Positions 29,855 through 41,869 of a DNA stretch of 64,000 nt are shown here, piece after piece; within the stretch, counting starts at the first letter, position 1; each line of letters opens with the position of its first letter. Made by a program: the position numbers and the translations under genes. This DNA is from Alphaproteobacteria bacterium (lineage in GTDB: Bacteria; Pseudomonadota; Alphaproteobacteria; MPNO01; UBA830), in contig OZ251539.1 in the NCBI GenBank assembly GCA_965243135.1, positions 3,200,001 to 3,264,000 of the forward strand, written 5' to 3'. Under the pieces are notes generated by a model that worked only from the letters and a program-made list of their open reading frames with translations, made no database searches and was not told where the DNA came from.

Positions 29855-30841
29855 CTACTTGCGCGCGAGAAGTCTCTCCTGGTTGGCTTCGTGCGCTTCC
29901 GTCCAGAGACCCGCTTCCTTGAAATACCGGATGACGCCGTCGTGGAACGGCAGCGGCACGTTGTTCAGCGCCCGCTTGAGGCTCCACTGCAGCGCCGCCT
30001 TGTGGTAGGAGCCGAACTCCTCGGTGTTCTCGAAGATCGCCTTCGCGACCTTGTAGATGACCTCGTCCGAAACGTCGGGCCGCGCCAGGAAGTAGGTGTT
30101 GAGGCCGACCAGGTGCACGTCCTTCGACTGCCCCTTGAAATTGCCCTTGGGCACGGTGGCCGGCCACATCATCGGCGGCAGATGCGCGAGCATCGCGTCC
30201 CGCCGTTCCTTCGACAGATACAGAAAGTCGATCACGCCGTCCTGCATCGGTTTCGCCACGGCGGCGGCGCGCCGCGCGAAAGGCATGACGGCGGCGTCGA
30301 TGCTTCCGGCGCGGAACGCCTTGTAGGCTTGGGGCGAATTGGTCGTGGCGACGGCCTTGACTCCGGTCACGCCCGAAACCTTCCGCATCGCGTCCCAGAC
30401 CAGCTCGATCTCCGGAAGCGCCCGCCGCTTCGCGATGATCGTCCGTCCTTCGAGATCGGACAGCTTCTCGACGCCGCTCCCCTTGCGAACGAGCATCCAG
30501 CGATAACTCGACTGTCCCTGCAAGACCAGACGGACATCGACGGGCTTCTTGAAATTGTGGGTGCCGTTGTAGCCGCTGAAGGCCGCGAAGGAATTGGCGA
30601 GAGCGAATTCGATGCGCTTCGCGGCGAGGCCTCGCACGTTGGCCGAAGAGCCTCCTACCGGTTCCACGGTGGCGTTTATTTTCGCGTGCTTGGTGATGAT
30701 TTCCGACGCGCCGATGGCGACCGTGTAAAAAACGCTGCCGACGCTGGACGTGCCGATGCGAACGGCGTCCTGAGCATGCAGCGGCGAGACGGACAGCAAC
30801 GCGCCGAGCGCGACGAACGCCCCGCTGGCAACGACCTTCAT
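29855..30841 (-). CDS. TAXI-family TRAP substrate-binding protein
   Basis: Signal peptide, then IGTSSVGSVFY, GGSSANV, SDLEG and PFHDGVIRYFKEAG. GGAGG RBS. Confidence 0.9.
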   Translation of the reverse strand: MKVVASGAFVALGALLSVSPLHAQDAVRIGTSSVGSVFYTVAIGASEIITKHAKINATVEPVGGSSANVRGLAAKRIEFALANSFAAFSGYNGTHNFKKPVDVRLVLQGQSSYRWMLVRKGSGVEKLSDLEGRTIIAKRRALPEIELVWDAMRKVSGVTGVKAVATTNSPQAYKAFRAGSIDAAVMPFARRAAAVAKPMQDGVIDFLYLSKERRDAMLAHLPPMMWPATVPKGNFKGQSKDVHLVGLNTYFLARPDVSDEVIYKVAKAIFENTEEFGSYHKAALQWSLKRALNNVPLPFHDGVIRYFKEAGLWTEAHEANQERLLARK

Positions 30842-31497
30842 GACGATTCCTCCCTGCTTTTGCGCAAAGCTTACCAGAACCCGGATGCGCATCAAGCGCC
30901 GCGAACCCGGCGCCTGCCGGCCGCCGCGGGCAGCGCCGCCTCCCCCGCGTTTCGTTCCCGCGCCGAACGCGCGGACGCGCCCGGCCGGGGTGAGACTCCG
31001 GTTGCGCGCTCGGCAAACCGGTTTCGCGGGCGTCGCCGGGCGGTTTTTCGGGAACGGCAGCTTCGAGACGGGAATCGCGGACGGCGGGGCGAAGGGAGGC
31101 GTCCGCCCGTCTTTCCGGAAGACGGCGGCCGGAGGTTTCCGGCGCTTCGCCGTCCGACCCGGAGCGTCTTGCGGCAAGCGCGGCGGCGAAACGCCGCACG
31201 CCGAGTTCGGCGCGTCCCCTCGACAGGCCGTGCAACGGATTCCCCGGCGCCGATCGCTTTTCGCGATTCCGGCGCTCGCGATGGTCGAACGCGGCCTGAC
31301 GCTGCGGCCATCGGCCCGCGGCGTCGTCCGGCCGCGGCAACGCCTTCTGCCGGCGTCTCTTCGCCCCGGGCGGACATGCGTTGCGCCCGTCGCCGGCGTT
31401 GCGCCCACGTTGCCCGACGAGGCGCGGCGGACTCAGCCGCTCGTCCCGCCGGGCGAGGGGCGTTCTTCCGCGAACCGGGCGCGCGCGGCCCGGCGCC

Positions 31498-33360
31498 TCA
31501 GCTGTCGAGAAAGCTGCGCAGCATGCGCGAACGGCTCTTGTGCTTGAGCTTGCGCAGCGCCTTGGCCTCGATCTGCCGGATGCGCTCGCGCGTCACCGAA
31601 AACTGCTGGCCGACCTCCTCCAGCGTGTGGTCGGTGTTCATGCCGATCCCGAAGCGCATGCGGAGGACGCGCTCCTCGCGCGGCGTAAGGGACGCCAGCA
31701 CCCTCGTCGTGGTTTCCCGCAGATTGCCCTGGATGGCCGCGTCCAGCGGCTGAACGGCGTTCTTGTCCTCGATGAAATCGCCGAGATGGCTGTCCTCCTC
31801 GTCGCCGACCGGCGTCTCCAGGCTGATCGGCTCCTTCGCGATCTTGAGCACCCTCCGAACCTTTTCCAGCGGCATCCCGAGCCGCGACGCCAGTTCCTCC
31901 GGGGTCGGCTCGCGGCCGATCTCGTGCAGGATCTGGCGCGACGTGCGCACGAGCTTGTTGATGGTCTCGATCATGTGCACGGGAATGCGGATCGTGCGCG
32001 CCTGGTCGGCGATCGAACGGGTGATCGCCTGGCGTATCCACCAGGTGGCGTAAGTGGAGAACTTGTAGCCGCGGCGGTATTCGAACTTGTCGACCGCCTT
32101 CATCAGGCCGATGTTGCCTTCCTGGATGAGGTCGAGGAACTGCAGGCCCCGGTTGGTGTACTTCTTGGCGATGGAGATCACGAGGCGCAGATTGGCCTCG
32201 ACCATCTCCTTCTTGGCGCGGCTCGATTCCCGCTCGCCCCGCTGGACCTCCCCGACCAGTTGGCGAAACTCGTTGACCGGCATGCCGATCTCGTTCGAAA
32301 GCGCCACGATCTGCGCCCGCAAGTCGCGGATCTCGTCCTTGTTGTTCTTGGTGAACGCCTTCCAGTTCTTGTCCGACAGCCTCGACACCTTGTTCAGCCA
32401 CCGCGAATTGTTCTCGTCGCCGAGATACCGCTCGAGAAAGTCTTCCCGGCGGATCTTCGATTGCGTCGCCATTCGCAACAGCCGCCCCTCGAGGGCGAGA
32501 AGGGTCTTGTTGTAGGTGTAGAGTTCCTGAACCAGCTGCTCGATGCGGAAATTGTTCATCCGCACGCTCTTCACGTGCTTGACGATGTCCTCGGTGTACT
32601 GTTCCAGGTTCCTCGCGGAAATCTTGCCGAAGCTGCCCTTGCCGGCGGCGGCGTCCGCGCGGCGTCCGCGCAGCTTGGCCAGCTTGGCGTGCGTCGCCGC
32701 GATGTCGTCGAAGGTCTTCAGGCTCCTGGGCCGCAGCCACTCCTCCATGGCCGCCGCCGACATGCTGACCTCTTCGGAGCCGTCCTCCCCGTTGGCCGAC
32801 GCCCCGTTCGCCTTGCCCGATCCCGTATACGCCGCTTCCAGATCGACGACTTCGCGCAACAGCATCTCGTCGTTCCGCAGGCCTTCGCGCCAGCTCAACA
32901 TCGCCCGGAAGGTGAGCGGGCTCTCGCAGATCGCGCTGATCATCTTTTCCTGACCGGCCTCGATCCGCTTGGCGATCGCGATCTCGCCCTCCCGCGACAG
33001 CAGTTCGACGCCGCCCATTTCCCGGAGATACATGCGGACCGGGTCGTCGGTCCTCCCCAGTTCCTCGGCGTCGTCGTTCGCGGCCGTGACGGCGGCCCGC
33101 GCCGCCTCGCCGCCGGAGTCGTCCGTATCCTCGTTCTCCACGACGTTGATGCCCAGCTCGGACAGCTGGGTCATCGTGTCTTCGATCTGCTCCGAGGACA
33201 CCTTCTCCTGCGGCAACGCCGCATTCAGTTCGTCGTAGGTGACGTATCCGCGTTCCTTGCCGCGTTCGACCAGCTTCAGGATCGACGCGCCGACGGAATC
33301 GATCACCGGCGCGTCGGCCTGCTGCCTGTCTTCCGGTCGCTTCTTGAGCTTCGTCGCCAT
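31498..33360 (-). CDS. rpoD: RNA polymerase sigma factor RpoD
   Basis: [84 protein letters not shown] and [17 protein letters not shown]. Confidence 0.98.
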   Translation of the reverse strand: MATKLKKRPEDRQQADAPVIDSVGASILKLVERGKERGYVTYDELNAALPQEKVSSEQIEDTMTQLSELGINVVENEDTDDSGGEAARAAVTAANDDAEELGRTDDPVRMYLREMGGVELLSREGEIAIAKRIEAGQEKMISAICESPLTFRAMLSWREGLRNDEMLLREVVDLEAAYTGSGKANGASANGEDGSEEVSMSAAAMEEWLRPRSLKTFDDIAATHAKLAKLRGRRADAAAGKGSFGKISARNLEQYTEDIVKHVKSVRMNNFRIEQLVQELYTYNKTLLALEGRLLRMATQSKIRREDFLERYLGDENNSRWLNKVSRLSDKNWKAFTKNNKDEIRDLRAQIVALSNEIGMPVNEFRQLVGEVQRGERESSRAKKEMVEANLRLVISIAKKYTNRGLQFLDLIQEGNIGLMKAVDKFEYRRGYKFSTYATWWIRQAITRSIADQARTIRIPVHMIETINKLVRTSRQILHEIGREPTPEELASRLGMPLEKVRRVLKIAKEPISLETPVGDEEDSHLGDFIEDKNAVQPLDAAIQGNLRETTTRVLASLTPREERVLRMRFGIGMNTDHTLEEVGQQFSVTRERIRQIEAKALRKLKHKSRSRMLRSFLDS

Positions 33361-33396
33361 AGGTCTCCCCAAAATCAGCGCCGGACCTCGACCTTC

Positions 33397-35172
33397 TCAG
33401 GCCGCCCGGCCCCCGGTCCGCACATCGGTTTTCAGTCTTTCGAACCGTTCCCAGTTCTCGAAAGTCGGATCGTCGGCGAACCTGTGAAGTCCTTCCTCGA
33501 CCTCCGCCCGGCGCAACGGCTCGAGGCGCCGCCGGAGCGCTTCGCCGAAGCCGTCGCGCACCTCCTGCCAGTCCGTGCCGTCGCGCGCGAAACGCCCGTG
33601 AACGTAAACCTCCCCGCACAGCAGCGTGCCCAGAAGCTCCGCCTTGCCCCGATCATTCAGTTGGGTTCTGAGGGCCTTGGAGTCAAGGTCCGAAGCTGCG
33701 GAGTATATCTCTAGAATTTCCTCGAGGAGCTTGTCAAGCTCCGGATCGGCGATCTCGATCGCGGCGAGATCCTCGGCGTGGTCGTCGAGAAGCGCCGGAT
33801 GATTGAGCGTCGCGGCCAGCAGGAGCTGGTCGTGGCGCTTCCCGAGAACGGACCTGGCGGCGCCGGCCCGCAGCGAGGACGGCGGCGCCATCTCCTGCGC
33901 CCCTCGCCAGCGGAAACCCAGCTCGCGCAGCTTGCTGCGGAACAGCGCGACGTACTGATATTGAACCTTGCGGTCGTCGATCGAGCGCGCCCTGTCCTCC
34001 AACCTTTTCTCGAGGCCGGCCAGGCGTTCGGGCGTGTCGTGGGAGCGCCCCTCGGTCTCCAGCGACCAGATCAACGCGTCGAGCGGCGCGGCCTCTTCGA
34101 GCGCGCGCTCCAGCGCCGCGGCGCCTTGAGACTTGACCAGGCTGTCGGGGTCCTCGCCCGCGGTCAGGGCCGCGAAACGGAGGGACCGCCCCGGCGTGAG
34201 CAACGCCAAGGCCCGTTCCGCCGCCCGCGCCGCGGCGCGGACGCCGGCGGCGTCGCCGTCGAAGCAGAGAACCGGCTCCGCGGCGTAGCGCCACAACGCG
34301 TGAATATGGCTCTCGGTCAGGGCGGTCCCCAGCGGCGCCACGGTTTCCGAAAACCCCGCCTGGGACAACGCGATCACGTCCATGTATCCTTCGACCACGA
34401 CGATGCGCCGCCTCTCCTGCGCCGCCCGGCGCGCCAGCGCGAGGCCGTACAGCGTGCGCCGCTTGTCGAACAACGGCGTGTCGGGCGAGTTCAGGTATTT
34501 GGGCTCCGCGTCGCCCATGGTCCGGCCGCCGAACGCGATGACCCGCCCCTTCCCGTCGGAGATCGGAAAGATCACGCGCTCGCGGAAGAAATCGTAGCTG
34601 CCGCGCCCGTCGTCCGGCCGCCGCAGCAACCCCGCTTCGACGAGCAGCGACTCCGGCATCTCCGGGCCGGCGAGCCGCGACTTCAGGCGGCTTCCCGGCG
34701 GCGCGAAGCCGAGCCGAAAGCGCGCGACCGTCTCCGCCGACAACCCGCGGCGCTCCAGGTATTCGCGCGCCGCGGCGCCCTCCGGAGACCGGAGAACCTC
34801 CTCGTAGAACGCGCACGCGGCCTCCGTCGCGTCCAGCAAGCCCGCCCGGCGCTGTTCCCGCTCGCGTTCCTCCGGCGTCGCGACGGGCACCTGCAGGCCG
34901 GCTTCCGCCGCGAGCTTCTCCACGGCCTCGGGAAAGGACAGCCCCTCGATCCGCATCGCGAACCCGACCGCGTCGCCGTGCGCGCCGCAACCGAAACAGT
35001 GGAAAAAATCCTTCTCGCCGCTGACGGTGAAGGACGGAGTCTTCTCGTTGTGAAAAGGGCACAGGCCGACATGCTCGCGGCCCCGGCGCTGCAGCTTGAC
35101 GTGACGGCCGACCAGATCGGGAAGTCCGATCCGAGCCCGGAGCTCGTCGAGAAATTGCGGCGAAATCGCCAT
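33397..35172 (-). CDS. dnaG: DNA primase
   Basis: CPFHNEKTPSF..HCFGC zinc finger, KYLNSPDT, VEGYMDV and CFDGDAAG toprim motifs. Confidence 0.97.
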   Translation of the reverse strand: MAISPQFLDELRARIGLPDLVGRHVKLQRRGREHVGLCPFHNEKTPSFTVSGEKDFFHCFGCGAHGDAVGFAMRIEGLSFPEAVEKLAAEAGLQVPVATPEEREREQRRAGLLDATEAACAFYEEVLRSPEGAAAREYLERRGLSAETVARFRLGFAPPGSRLKSRLAGPEMPESLLVEAGLLRRPDDGRGSYDFFRERVIFPISDGKGRVIAFGGRTMGDAEPKYLNSPDTPLFDKRRTLYGLALARRAAQERRRIVVVEGYMDVIALSQAGFSETVAPLGTALTESHIHALWRYAAEPVLCFDGDAAGVRAAARAAERALALLTPGRSLRFAALTAGEDPDSLVKSQGAAALERALEEAAPLDALIWSLETEGRSHDTPERLAGLEKRLEDRARSIDDRKVQYQYVALFRSKLRELGFRWRGAQEMAPPSSLRAGAARSVLGKRHDQLLLAATLNHPALLDDHAEDLAAIEIADPELDKLLEEILEIYSAASDLDSKALRTQLNDRGKAELLGTLLCGEVYVHGRFARDGTDWQEVRDGFGEALRRRLEPLRRAEVEEGLHRFADDPTFENWERFERLKTDVRTGGRAA

Positions 35173-35232
35173 GCCCGCCCTTCGCGTAGCCGGCCCGAAC
35201 TCGCGCCGCGCCGTATGCCGTGCCGTATTCTA

Positions 35233-35691
35233 TCAGGACGTGAGCCGCGTCTTCAACGCGGCGGCCGCCTTCCCGAAATCCATGCGTCCCGCGTAACGTC
35301 GGCGCAGCAGGCCCATCGCCTTGCCCATGTCCTTGACCGATTCGGCGCCGGTCTCGGAAATCGCGGCGGCGATCGCCTCGGCAATTTCTTCCTCGCCGAG
35401 CTGGCGCGGCATGAACTGCTCGATGACGGCGATCTCGCGCTCTTCCCTGTCCGCGAGCTCGTCGCGGCCGCCCTTGCGATAGAGCGCGATGGATTCGTTG
35501 CGCTGGCGCACCATGGTCTGCAGGACGTTCAGAATCTCGGTCTCGCTGATGCCTTCGTCCTCGCCCTTGGAACGCGCGCCGATGTCGCGATCCTTGACGG
35601 CCGCCAGAATCAACCGCAACGTGGACACGGCGATCTGGTCCTTTTCCTTCATGGCCGACTTGAGAGCTTCGCTTAGCCGGTTCCTGAGCAT
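35233..35691 (-). CDS. GatB/YqeY domain protein
   Basis: LKSAMK, STLRLI, QRNESI..Y..GGR.ELA.RE, KDMGKAM. Usual position upstream of dnaG. Confidence 0.92.
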   Translation of the reverse strand: MLRNRLSEALKSAMKEKDQIAVSTLRLILAAVKDRDIGARSKGEDEGISETEILNVLQTMVRQRNESIALYRKGGRDELADREEREIAVIEQFMPRQLGEEEIAEAIAAAISETGAESVKDMGKAMGLLRRRYAGRMDFGKAAAALKTRLTS

Positions 35692-35804
35692 TCGTTCCGT
35701 CCTGACCGTTCGAAGGCGCGGAAAGCTAGCTTAATCGGGATACCGGCGCAAACCGTCGGCGGGCGCGATAATCTTTTGAAATTGAAGCGTTTACGTCGCC
35801 GCGG

Positions 35805-35833
35805 TTGACGCCCGCCGGACAATCGCCTATGAA
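35805..35833 (+). promoter_or_regulatory. sigma70 promoter of carAB
   Basis: TTGACG (35805-35810)-17 bp-TATGAA (35828-35833), 5 nt before the carA ATG. Confidence 0.55.
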
Positions 35834-35838
35834 GCGGC

Positions 35839-37038
35839 ATGATCTCCGCCTCGCCCCTCGATGGCAATGACCCCGCGCCGCCCCCCTGTTCGCGCTCCCC
35901 GGAGGGAGCGACGGCCGCGCTGGTTCTGGCGGGCGGGGACGTCATATGGGGCAAGGGGCTCGGCGCCGCCGGATCGACGGTCGGCGAAGTCTGCTTCAAT
36001 ACGTCGATGACGGGATATCAGGAAATCCTGACGGATCCGTCCTACGCCGGCCAGATCGTCACCTTCACCTTTCCCCATGTCGGCAACGTGGGCGTCAACC
36101 CGGAAGACGTCGAGACGACGGCGCCGGCGGCCCGCGGCCTCGTCCTCAGAGCCGACGTCACGCCGCCGTCGAACTGGCGGGCGACGGGGCATTTGAACGA
36201 CTGGCTGGCTTCGAGAAACCTGATCGGCCTCGCCGGCGCCGACACCCGCCGGCTGACCAGGGCGATCCGCGACTCCGGCGCGCCGACGGGGGCGCTCTGC
36301 CATTCGCCGAACGGCGAATTCGACATCGACGCGCTGCGCGAGGCCGCGACCGGGTGGCCGGGCCTGGAAGGAATGGATCTCGCGCGCGAAGTGACCTGCC
36401 TCCAGACCTACGAATGGGACGAGAGCCTGTGGACGCCGCGCGAGGGCTACGGCAGGCAGGCCGCCCCCCGGCACCACGTCGTCGCCGTCGATTACGGAGC
36501 CAAGCGCAACATCCTGCGCTCGCTGGCCTCGGCCGGCTGCAGGATCACCGTGGTGCCGGCGACCGCCAGCGCCGAAGACGTGCTGCGCCGCCGGCCCGAC
36601 GGCGTCTTTCTTTCGAACGGTCCCGGCGATCCGGCGGCGACCGGCGCCTACGCGGTGCCGGCGATCCGGCAGATCCTCCGGTTCGGCATTCCGGTATTCG
36701 GGATCTGCCTCGGCCATCAACTGCTTTCGCTCGCTCTCGGCGCGACGACGGAGAAGATGCGTCGCGGCCATCGCGGCGCCAACCATCCCGTGAAGGAGCT
36801 CGATACCGGAAGGGTGGAAATCACCAGCCAGAACCATGGCTTCGTCGTCCGCCGGGACTCCCTGCCGGACAATCTGGAGCCGACCCACGTCTCGCTGTTC
36901 GACGGCTCCCTCGAAGGCTTCAGAGCGAAGGACGCGCCGATACTGTCCATCCAGTACCACCCCGAAGCGTCGCCCGGTCCCCGGGACAGCCACCATCTGT
37001 TCGAGCGTTTCGTCGGAATGATCGCGGAGCATGCCTAG
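35839..37038 (+). CDS. carA: Carbamoyl-phosphate synthase small subunit
   Basis: [39 protein letters not shown] and [10 protein letters not shown]. Confidence 0.98.
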   Translation: MISASPLDGNDPAPPPCSRSPEGATAALVLAGGDVIWGKGLGAAGSTVGEVCFNTSMTGYQEILTDPSYAGQIVTFTFPHVGNVGVNPEDVETTAPAARGLVLRADVTPPSNWRATGHLNDWLASRNLIGLAGADTRRLTRAIRDSGAPTGALCHSPNGEFDIDALREAATGWPGLEGMDLAREVTCLQTYEWDESLWTPREGYGRQAAPRHHVVAVDYGAKRNILRSLASAGCRITVVPATASAEDVLRRRPDGVFLSNGPGDPAATGAYAVPAIRQILRFGIPVFGICLGHQLLSLALGATTEKMRRGHRGANHPVKELDTGRVEITSQNHGFVVRRDSLPDNLEPTHVSLFDGSLEGFRAKDAPILSIQYHPEASPGPRDSHHLFERFVGMIAEHA

Positions 37039-40000
37039 GCGCTCCGACATTCGGTCCATCCTGACCATCGGCGCCGGGCCGATCGTCATCGGGCAGGCCT
37101 GCGAGTTCGACTATTCGGGCACCCAGGCTTGCCGGGCGCTGAAGGACGAAGGTTACCGGGTCGTCCTGGTGAACTCGAACCCGGCGACCATCATGACCGA
37201 CCCGGAGTTCGCCGACGCGACCTATATCGAGCCGGTCACGCCCGAACTGGTGGCGAGGATAATCGAACGCGAGAGGCCGGACGCGCTGCTTCCCACCATG
37301 GGCGGCCAGACCGGGCTCAACACGGCGCTCTCGCTGGCCCGGATGGGCGTTCTCGAACGGTTCGGCGTCGAGATGATCGGAGCCCGCCGCGAAGCCATCG
37401 ACAAGGCGGAGGACCGGGAGCTGTTCCGGGAGGCGATGAGCCGGATCGGCCTCGAATCGCCGCGCGGACGCCTCGCGCACTCGATCGAGGAGGCGCGCGC
37501 GGCGCTGGAGGAAACCGGCCTCCCCGCCATCGTCCGGCCCAGCTTCACGCTCGGAGGCACCGGCGGCGGGGTCGCCTACAACAGGAGCGAGTTCGACGAG
37601 ATCGCGAATCGCGGACTCGACGCGTCGCCCACCAGCGAAGTGCTGGTCGAAGAATCCATCATCGGGTGGAAGGAATACGAACTCGAGGTCGTGCGCGACC
37701 GGGCCGACAACTGCATCGTCGTTTGTTCGATCGAGAACGTCGATCCGATGGGCGTGCACACCGGCGACTCCATCACGGTGGCTCCCGCCCTGACGCTGAC
37801 GGACAAGGAATTCCAGATCATGCGCGACGCGGCGATCGCGGTGTTGCGCGAAATCGGCGTCGATACCGGCGGCTCCAACGTCCAGTTCGCCGTCAATCCG
37901 GCCGACGGCAAGCTGGTCGTCATCGAGATGAATCCGCGCGTTTCGCGGTCGTCGGCGCTCGCGTCGAAGGCGACCGGGTTTCCGATCGCCAAGATCGCCG
38001 CCAAGCTGGCGGTCGGCTACACGCTCGACGAGCTCGACAACGACATCACCGGCGTGACGCCCGCCTCCTTCGAACCGACCATCGATTACGTGGTGACCAA
38101 GGCGCCGCGGTTCACGTTCGAAAAATTTCCCGGCACCGAGCCCGTTCTCAACACCCAGATGAAATCCGTCGGCGAGGCGATGTCGATCGGACGCACGTTC
38201 CAGGAATCGCTGCAGAAGGCGCTGCGCTCCATGGAAACCGGCCTGACCGGCCTGAACGAGACGGACATCGACGGCTGCGACGCGGAAACCGGCGAGGTGG
38301 ACGAAAGCGCGGTTCTCGCGGCCTGCGGCGTCCCGCATGCCGACCGCGTCCTGCGGGTCGCCCAGGCCCTGCGCCTCGGACTCTCGATCGACGCCGTTCA
38401 CGGAGCGAGCGGCTTCGATCCCTGGTTCCTGGCCCAGCTGCAGGACATCGTCCGGGCGGAAGAGGCCGTCAGGCGCGAGGGGCTTCCCGACGATCGCGGC
38501 GGACTGCACCGGCTCAAGTCGATGGGCTTCTCGGACGAGCGCCTCGCCGAGCTCGCCGGGCGCGCGGCCCGCGACGTGGCGGCGAGCCGCGCCGCGCTCG
38601 GCGTGCGTCCCGTGTACAAGCGCATCGACACCTGCGCCGCGGAGTTCGCGTCGCAGACTCCCTACATGTATTCGACTTACGAAAGCGGCGGTCCGGAGGG
38701 CTGCGAAGCCGACCCCAGCGATCGGCGCAAGGTGCTGATCCTCGGCGGCGGCCCCAACCGCATCGGGCAGGGAATCGAGTTCGACTATTGCTGCGTGCAC
38801 GCGGTATTCGGGCTGGCCGAAGCCGGGATCGAATCGGTGATGGTCAACTGCAATCCCGAGACGGTGTCGACCGACTACGACACGTCGGACCGGCTGTATT
38901 TCGAGCCGTTGACGGCGGAGGACGTGATCGAGATCGTCCGGAAGGAGGAGAAGAACGGCGAAGTCCTCGGGGTGATCCTGCAGTTCGGCGGGCAGACGCC
39001 GCTCAAGCTGGCGGCGGCGCTGCAGGACGCGGGCGTCCCGATACTCGGGACGCCGCCGGACGCGATCGACCTCGCCGAGGACCGGGAGCGCTTTCAGGCG
39101 CTGCTCCGGAAGCTGGATCTGCGGCAGCCCGCCAACGGAACCGCCCGAAACGGAGAGGAAGCCGTCCGCGTCGCCCGAGGCATCGGATATCCCGTGGTCC
39201 TCCGGCCGTCCTACGTTCTCGGCGGGCGGGCGATGGAGATCGTCCACGACGAGGCGGGCCTCAAGCGCTACATCGAGAACGCGGTCCGGGTCTCGGGAGA
39301 GACGCCGGTCCTCGTGGATTCCTATCTGCGGGACGCGATCGAAGTGGACGTGGACGCCGTTCGCGACCTGTCCGACGACGTCCATGTCGCCGGCATCATG
39401 GAGCACATCGAAGAGGCGGGCATCCATTCGGGCGATTCCGCCTGCTCGTTGCCGCCGCACTCGTTGTCGAAGCCGGTCGTCGACGAACTGCGGCGGCAGA
39501 CCGCCGCGCTCGCGCGCGAGCTCGGGGTGATCGGCCTGATGAACGTCCAGTACGCGATCAAGGACGACGAGGTTTACGTCCTCGAAGTCAATCCGCGGGC
39601 CAGCCGCACGGTCCCGTTCGTCGCGAAGGCGACCGGCCTGCCGGTCGCGAAGATCGCGGCGCGGGCGATGGTGGGCGAAAGGCTGCGCGACCTGATCGCT
39701 CCCGACAGGCCCGCCCTCGACCATATCGCGGTCAAGGAAGCCGTGTTTCCGTTCGCGCGCTTTCCGAACGTCGACATCATCCTCGGGCCCGAAATGAAGT
39801 CGACGGGCGAGGCGATGGGCATCGATTCGGATTTCGGGCGGGCCTTCGCCAAGTCGCAGCTCGGCAGCGGCGTTTCGGTTCCCCGCGAGGGAACGGTCTT
39901 CATCTCCGTCCGCGACAGGGACAAGGCGTCGATGGTCGAGCCGGGACGGCGCCTTCGGGAAATGGGCTTCGATCTGGTCGCGACCACGGGCACCGCCGAG

Positions 40001-40285
40001 ACGCTCAACGAAGCGGGCGTCGAGACGCGCGCGGTGAAGAAGGTGCACGAAGGGCGTCCGCACATCGTCGACGCGATGATCAGCGGAGACGTGCAACTGG
40101 TGTTCAACACGACCGAAGGCGCGAAGGCGATCGCGGATTCGTACGCCCTTCGGCGAACCGCGCTGCTCGGAAGAATTCCCTACTACACGACCGTCGCGGG
40201 CGCGAAGGCGGCGATCGAGGCGATCGCGGCGACGCGCGCCGGCGCGCTTGATGTCGCGCCGCTGCAGTCGTATTTTAGGCGCTAA
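37031..40285 (+). CDS. carB: Carbamoyl-phosphate synthase large subunit
   Basis: [51 protein letters not shown] and a C-terminal MGS domain. Confidence 0.98.
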   Translation: MPRRSDIRSILTIGAGPIVIGQACEFDYSGTQACRALKDEGYRVVLVNSNPATIMTDPEFADATYIEPVTPELVARIIERERPDALLPTMGGQTGLNTALSLARMGVLERFGVEMIGARREAIDKAEDRELFREAMSRIGLESPRGRLAHSIEEARAALEETGLPAIVRPSFTLGGTGGGVAYNRSEFDEIANRGLDASPTSEVLVEESIIGWKEYELEVVRDRADNCIVVCSIENVDPMGVHTGDSITVAPALTLTDKEFQIMRDAAIAVLREIGVDTGGSNVQFAVNPADGKLVVIEMNPRVSRSSALASKATGFPIAKIAAKLAVGYTLDELDNDITGVTPASFEPTIDYVVTKAPRFTFEKFPGTEPVLNTQMKSVGEAMSIGRTFQESLQKALRSMETGLTGLNETDIDGCDAETGEVDESAVLAACGVPHADRVLRVAQALRLGLSIDAVHGASGFDPWFLAQLQDIVRAEEAVRREGLPDDRGGLHRLKSMGFSDERLAELAGRAARDVAASRAALGVRPVYKRIDTCAAEFASQTPYMYSTYESGGPEGCEADPSDRRKVLILGGGPNRIGQGIEFDYCCVHAVFGLAEAGIESVMVNCNPETVSTDYDTSDRLYFEPLTAEDVIEIVRKEEKNGEVLGVILQFGGQTPLKLAAALQDAGVPILGTPPDAIDLAEDRERFQALLRKLDLRQPANGTARNGEEAVRVARGIGYPVVLRPSYVLGGRAMEIVHDEAGLKRYIENAVRVSGETPVLVDSYLRDAIEVDVDAVRDLSDDVHVAGIMEHIEEAGIHSGDSACSLPPHSLSKPVVDELRRQTAALARELGVIGLMNVQYAIKDDEVYVLEVNPRASRTVPFVAKATGLPVAKIAARAMVGERLRDLIAPDRPALDHIAVKEAVFPFARFPNVDIILGPEMKSTGEAMGIDSDFGRAFAKSQLGSGVSVPREGTVFISVRDRDKASMVEPGRRLREMGFDLVATTGTAETLNEAGVETRAVKKVHEGRPHIVDAMISGDVQLVFNTTEGAKAIADSYALRRTALLGRIPYYTTVAGAKAAIEAIAATRAGALDVAPLQSYFRR

Positions 40286-40367
40286 TTCAATCGACAACCG
40301 GAACCGTGCGCCGCCGGGCCGCAACAGGGCCCCGCTGCGGGCGGATTTTTCGTGCGAAGGGCAGATC

Positions 40368-40841
40368 ATGGACAGAGCGCCGATGACCGCGGAAGGCTAC
40401 AACAAGCTGGAGACGGAGCTGAAGCGGCTGAAATCCGAGGAGCGGCCGGCGATCATCAAGGCCATCGCCGCCGCGCGCGAACACGGCGACCTCTCGGAGA
40501 ACGCGGAGTATCACGCGGCGCGGGAACGCCAGGCGTTCGTGGAGGGCCGGGTCGAGACGATCGAGGATCTGCTGAGCCGGGCCGAAGTCATCGACATCGC
40601 GGCGATCAAGGGCAAGGTCATCAAGTTCGGCGCGACGGTTCGCGTCGCGGACGACGACACGGACCGCGAAAGCACCTACCAGATCGTCGGCGAGCACGAA
40701 GCCGACATCAAGTCGGGACGGCTTTCGATCACCTCGCCGATGGCGCGCGCGATGATCGGCAAGACCGTGGGAGACTCCGTCGAGGTGACGACTCCGGGCG
40801 GAGTCAGGTCGTACGAGGTGGTCTCGGTCCGCTACGCGTAG
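40368..40841 (+). CDS. greA: Transcription elongation factor GreA
   Basis: [39 protein letters not shown]. Confidence 0.97.
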   Translation: MDRAPMTAEGYNKLETELKRLKSEERPAIIKAIAAAREHGDLSENAEYHAARERQAFVEGRVETIEDLLSRAEVIDIAAIKGKVIKFGATVRVADDDTDRESTYQIVGEHEADIKSGRLSITSPMARAMIGKTVGDSVEVTTPGGVRSYEVVSVRYA

Positions 40842-40884
40842 GGCGCGGTCGAGCGCGGCCGACCGCCTGGAGGAGAAAGACGGC

Positions 40885-41832
40885 ATGGCGGAAGAACGCC
40901 GCACCAGAATCCTGATCATCGGCTCCGGCCCGGCCGGGTACACGGCCGCGATCTACGCGGCGCGCGCCTCGCTGTCGCCGGTCCTCGTCACCGGCATCGA
41001 AGTCGGCGGCCAGATGAGCATCACCACCGACGTGGAGAACTTTCCGGGCTTCGCCGACGTGATCCAGGGGCCGTGGCTGATGGACCAGATGCGCGACCAG
41101 GCGCGGCACGTCGGCACCGAGATGATCAACGACCTCGTCGTCGACGCCGACTTTTCGGAACGTCCCTTCCGTTGCACGGGCGATTCGGGCGGAACCTACG
41201 TCGCCGACTCCGTGGTGATCTCCACCGGCGCGCAGGCGCGGTGGCTCGGCCTCGAAAGCGAGGAGAAGTTCAAGGGGTTCGGGGTTTCCGCCTGCGCCAC
41301 CTGCGACGGTTTCTTCTTCCGGGAAAAGGAAGTCGCCGTGGTCGGCGGCGGCAACACGGCGGTCGAGGAGGCGCTCTATCTCACCAACCACGCGGTCAAG
41401 GTCACGCTGGTCCACCGCCGCGACCGGCTGCGGGCCGAGAAGATCCTTCAGAACCGGCTTTTCGCCAACGACAGGATCGAGGTGCAGTGGAACTCGGTGG
41501 TGGACGAGGTTCTGGGGACGGATTCTCCCCCGGGCGTCACCGGGGTCAGGCTGCGCGACGTCGAAACGGACGCGGTCCGGGACCTGGAGGCCGACGGGCT
41601 GTTCGTCGCGATCGGCCACGACCCGGCGACGAGCCTGTTCCGCGGCAAGGTCGACATGGACGACGACGGATACATCGTCACGGAGCCCGATTCGACGCGA
41701 ACGAGCGTCGCGGGCGTGTTCGCGGCGGGCGACGTGCAGGACAAGATCTACCGGCAGGCCGTCACCGCCGCCGGAACGGGCTGCATGGCCGCCCTCGAAG
41801 CGGAGAAGTTTCTCGCCGAGGAAGCCGGCTGA
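40885..41832 (+). CDS. trxB: Thioredoxin reductase
   Basis: IIGSGPAG, SACATCDGFF, GGGNTAVEE and GDVQD..YRQAVTAAG. Confidence 0.97.
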   Translation: MAEERRTRILIIGSGPAGYTAAIYAARASLSPVLVTGIEVGGQMSITTDVENFPGFADVIQGPWLMDQMRDQARHVGTEMINDLVVDADFSERPFRCTGDSGGTYVADSVVISTGAQARWLGLESEEKFKGFGVSACATCDGFFFREKEVAVVGGGNTAVEEALYLTNHAVKVTLVHRRDRLRAEKILQNRLFANDRIEVQWNSVVDEVLGTDSPPGVTGVRLRDVETDAVRDLEADGLFVAIGHDPATSLFRGKVDMDDDGYIVTEPDSTRTSVAGVFAAGDVQDKIYRQAVTAAGTGCMAALEAEKFLAEEAG

Positions 41833-41869
41833 CGCCCCGCGCAACCCGTTCCCGCCGCCGGCAGCCGGC

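Noticed and set aside
30842-31497. 189-aa N-terminal extension of the TAXI protein, or an ncRNA in the GC-rich spacer after rpoD
   Set aside because: A proper RBS and signal peptide begin at 30841. The spacer has GC-rich stems but no RNA family I can recognise.
36920-40369. 1149-aa antisense ORF over carB, and similar long shadow ORFs over rpoD, dnaG, uvrB, uvrC, EF-G and the TRAP genes
   Set aside because: These are expected artefacts of high-GC codon bias opposite or overlapping well-supported genes, and they show no motifs.
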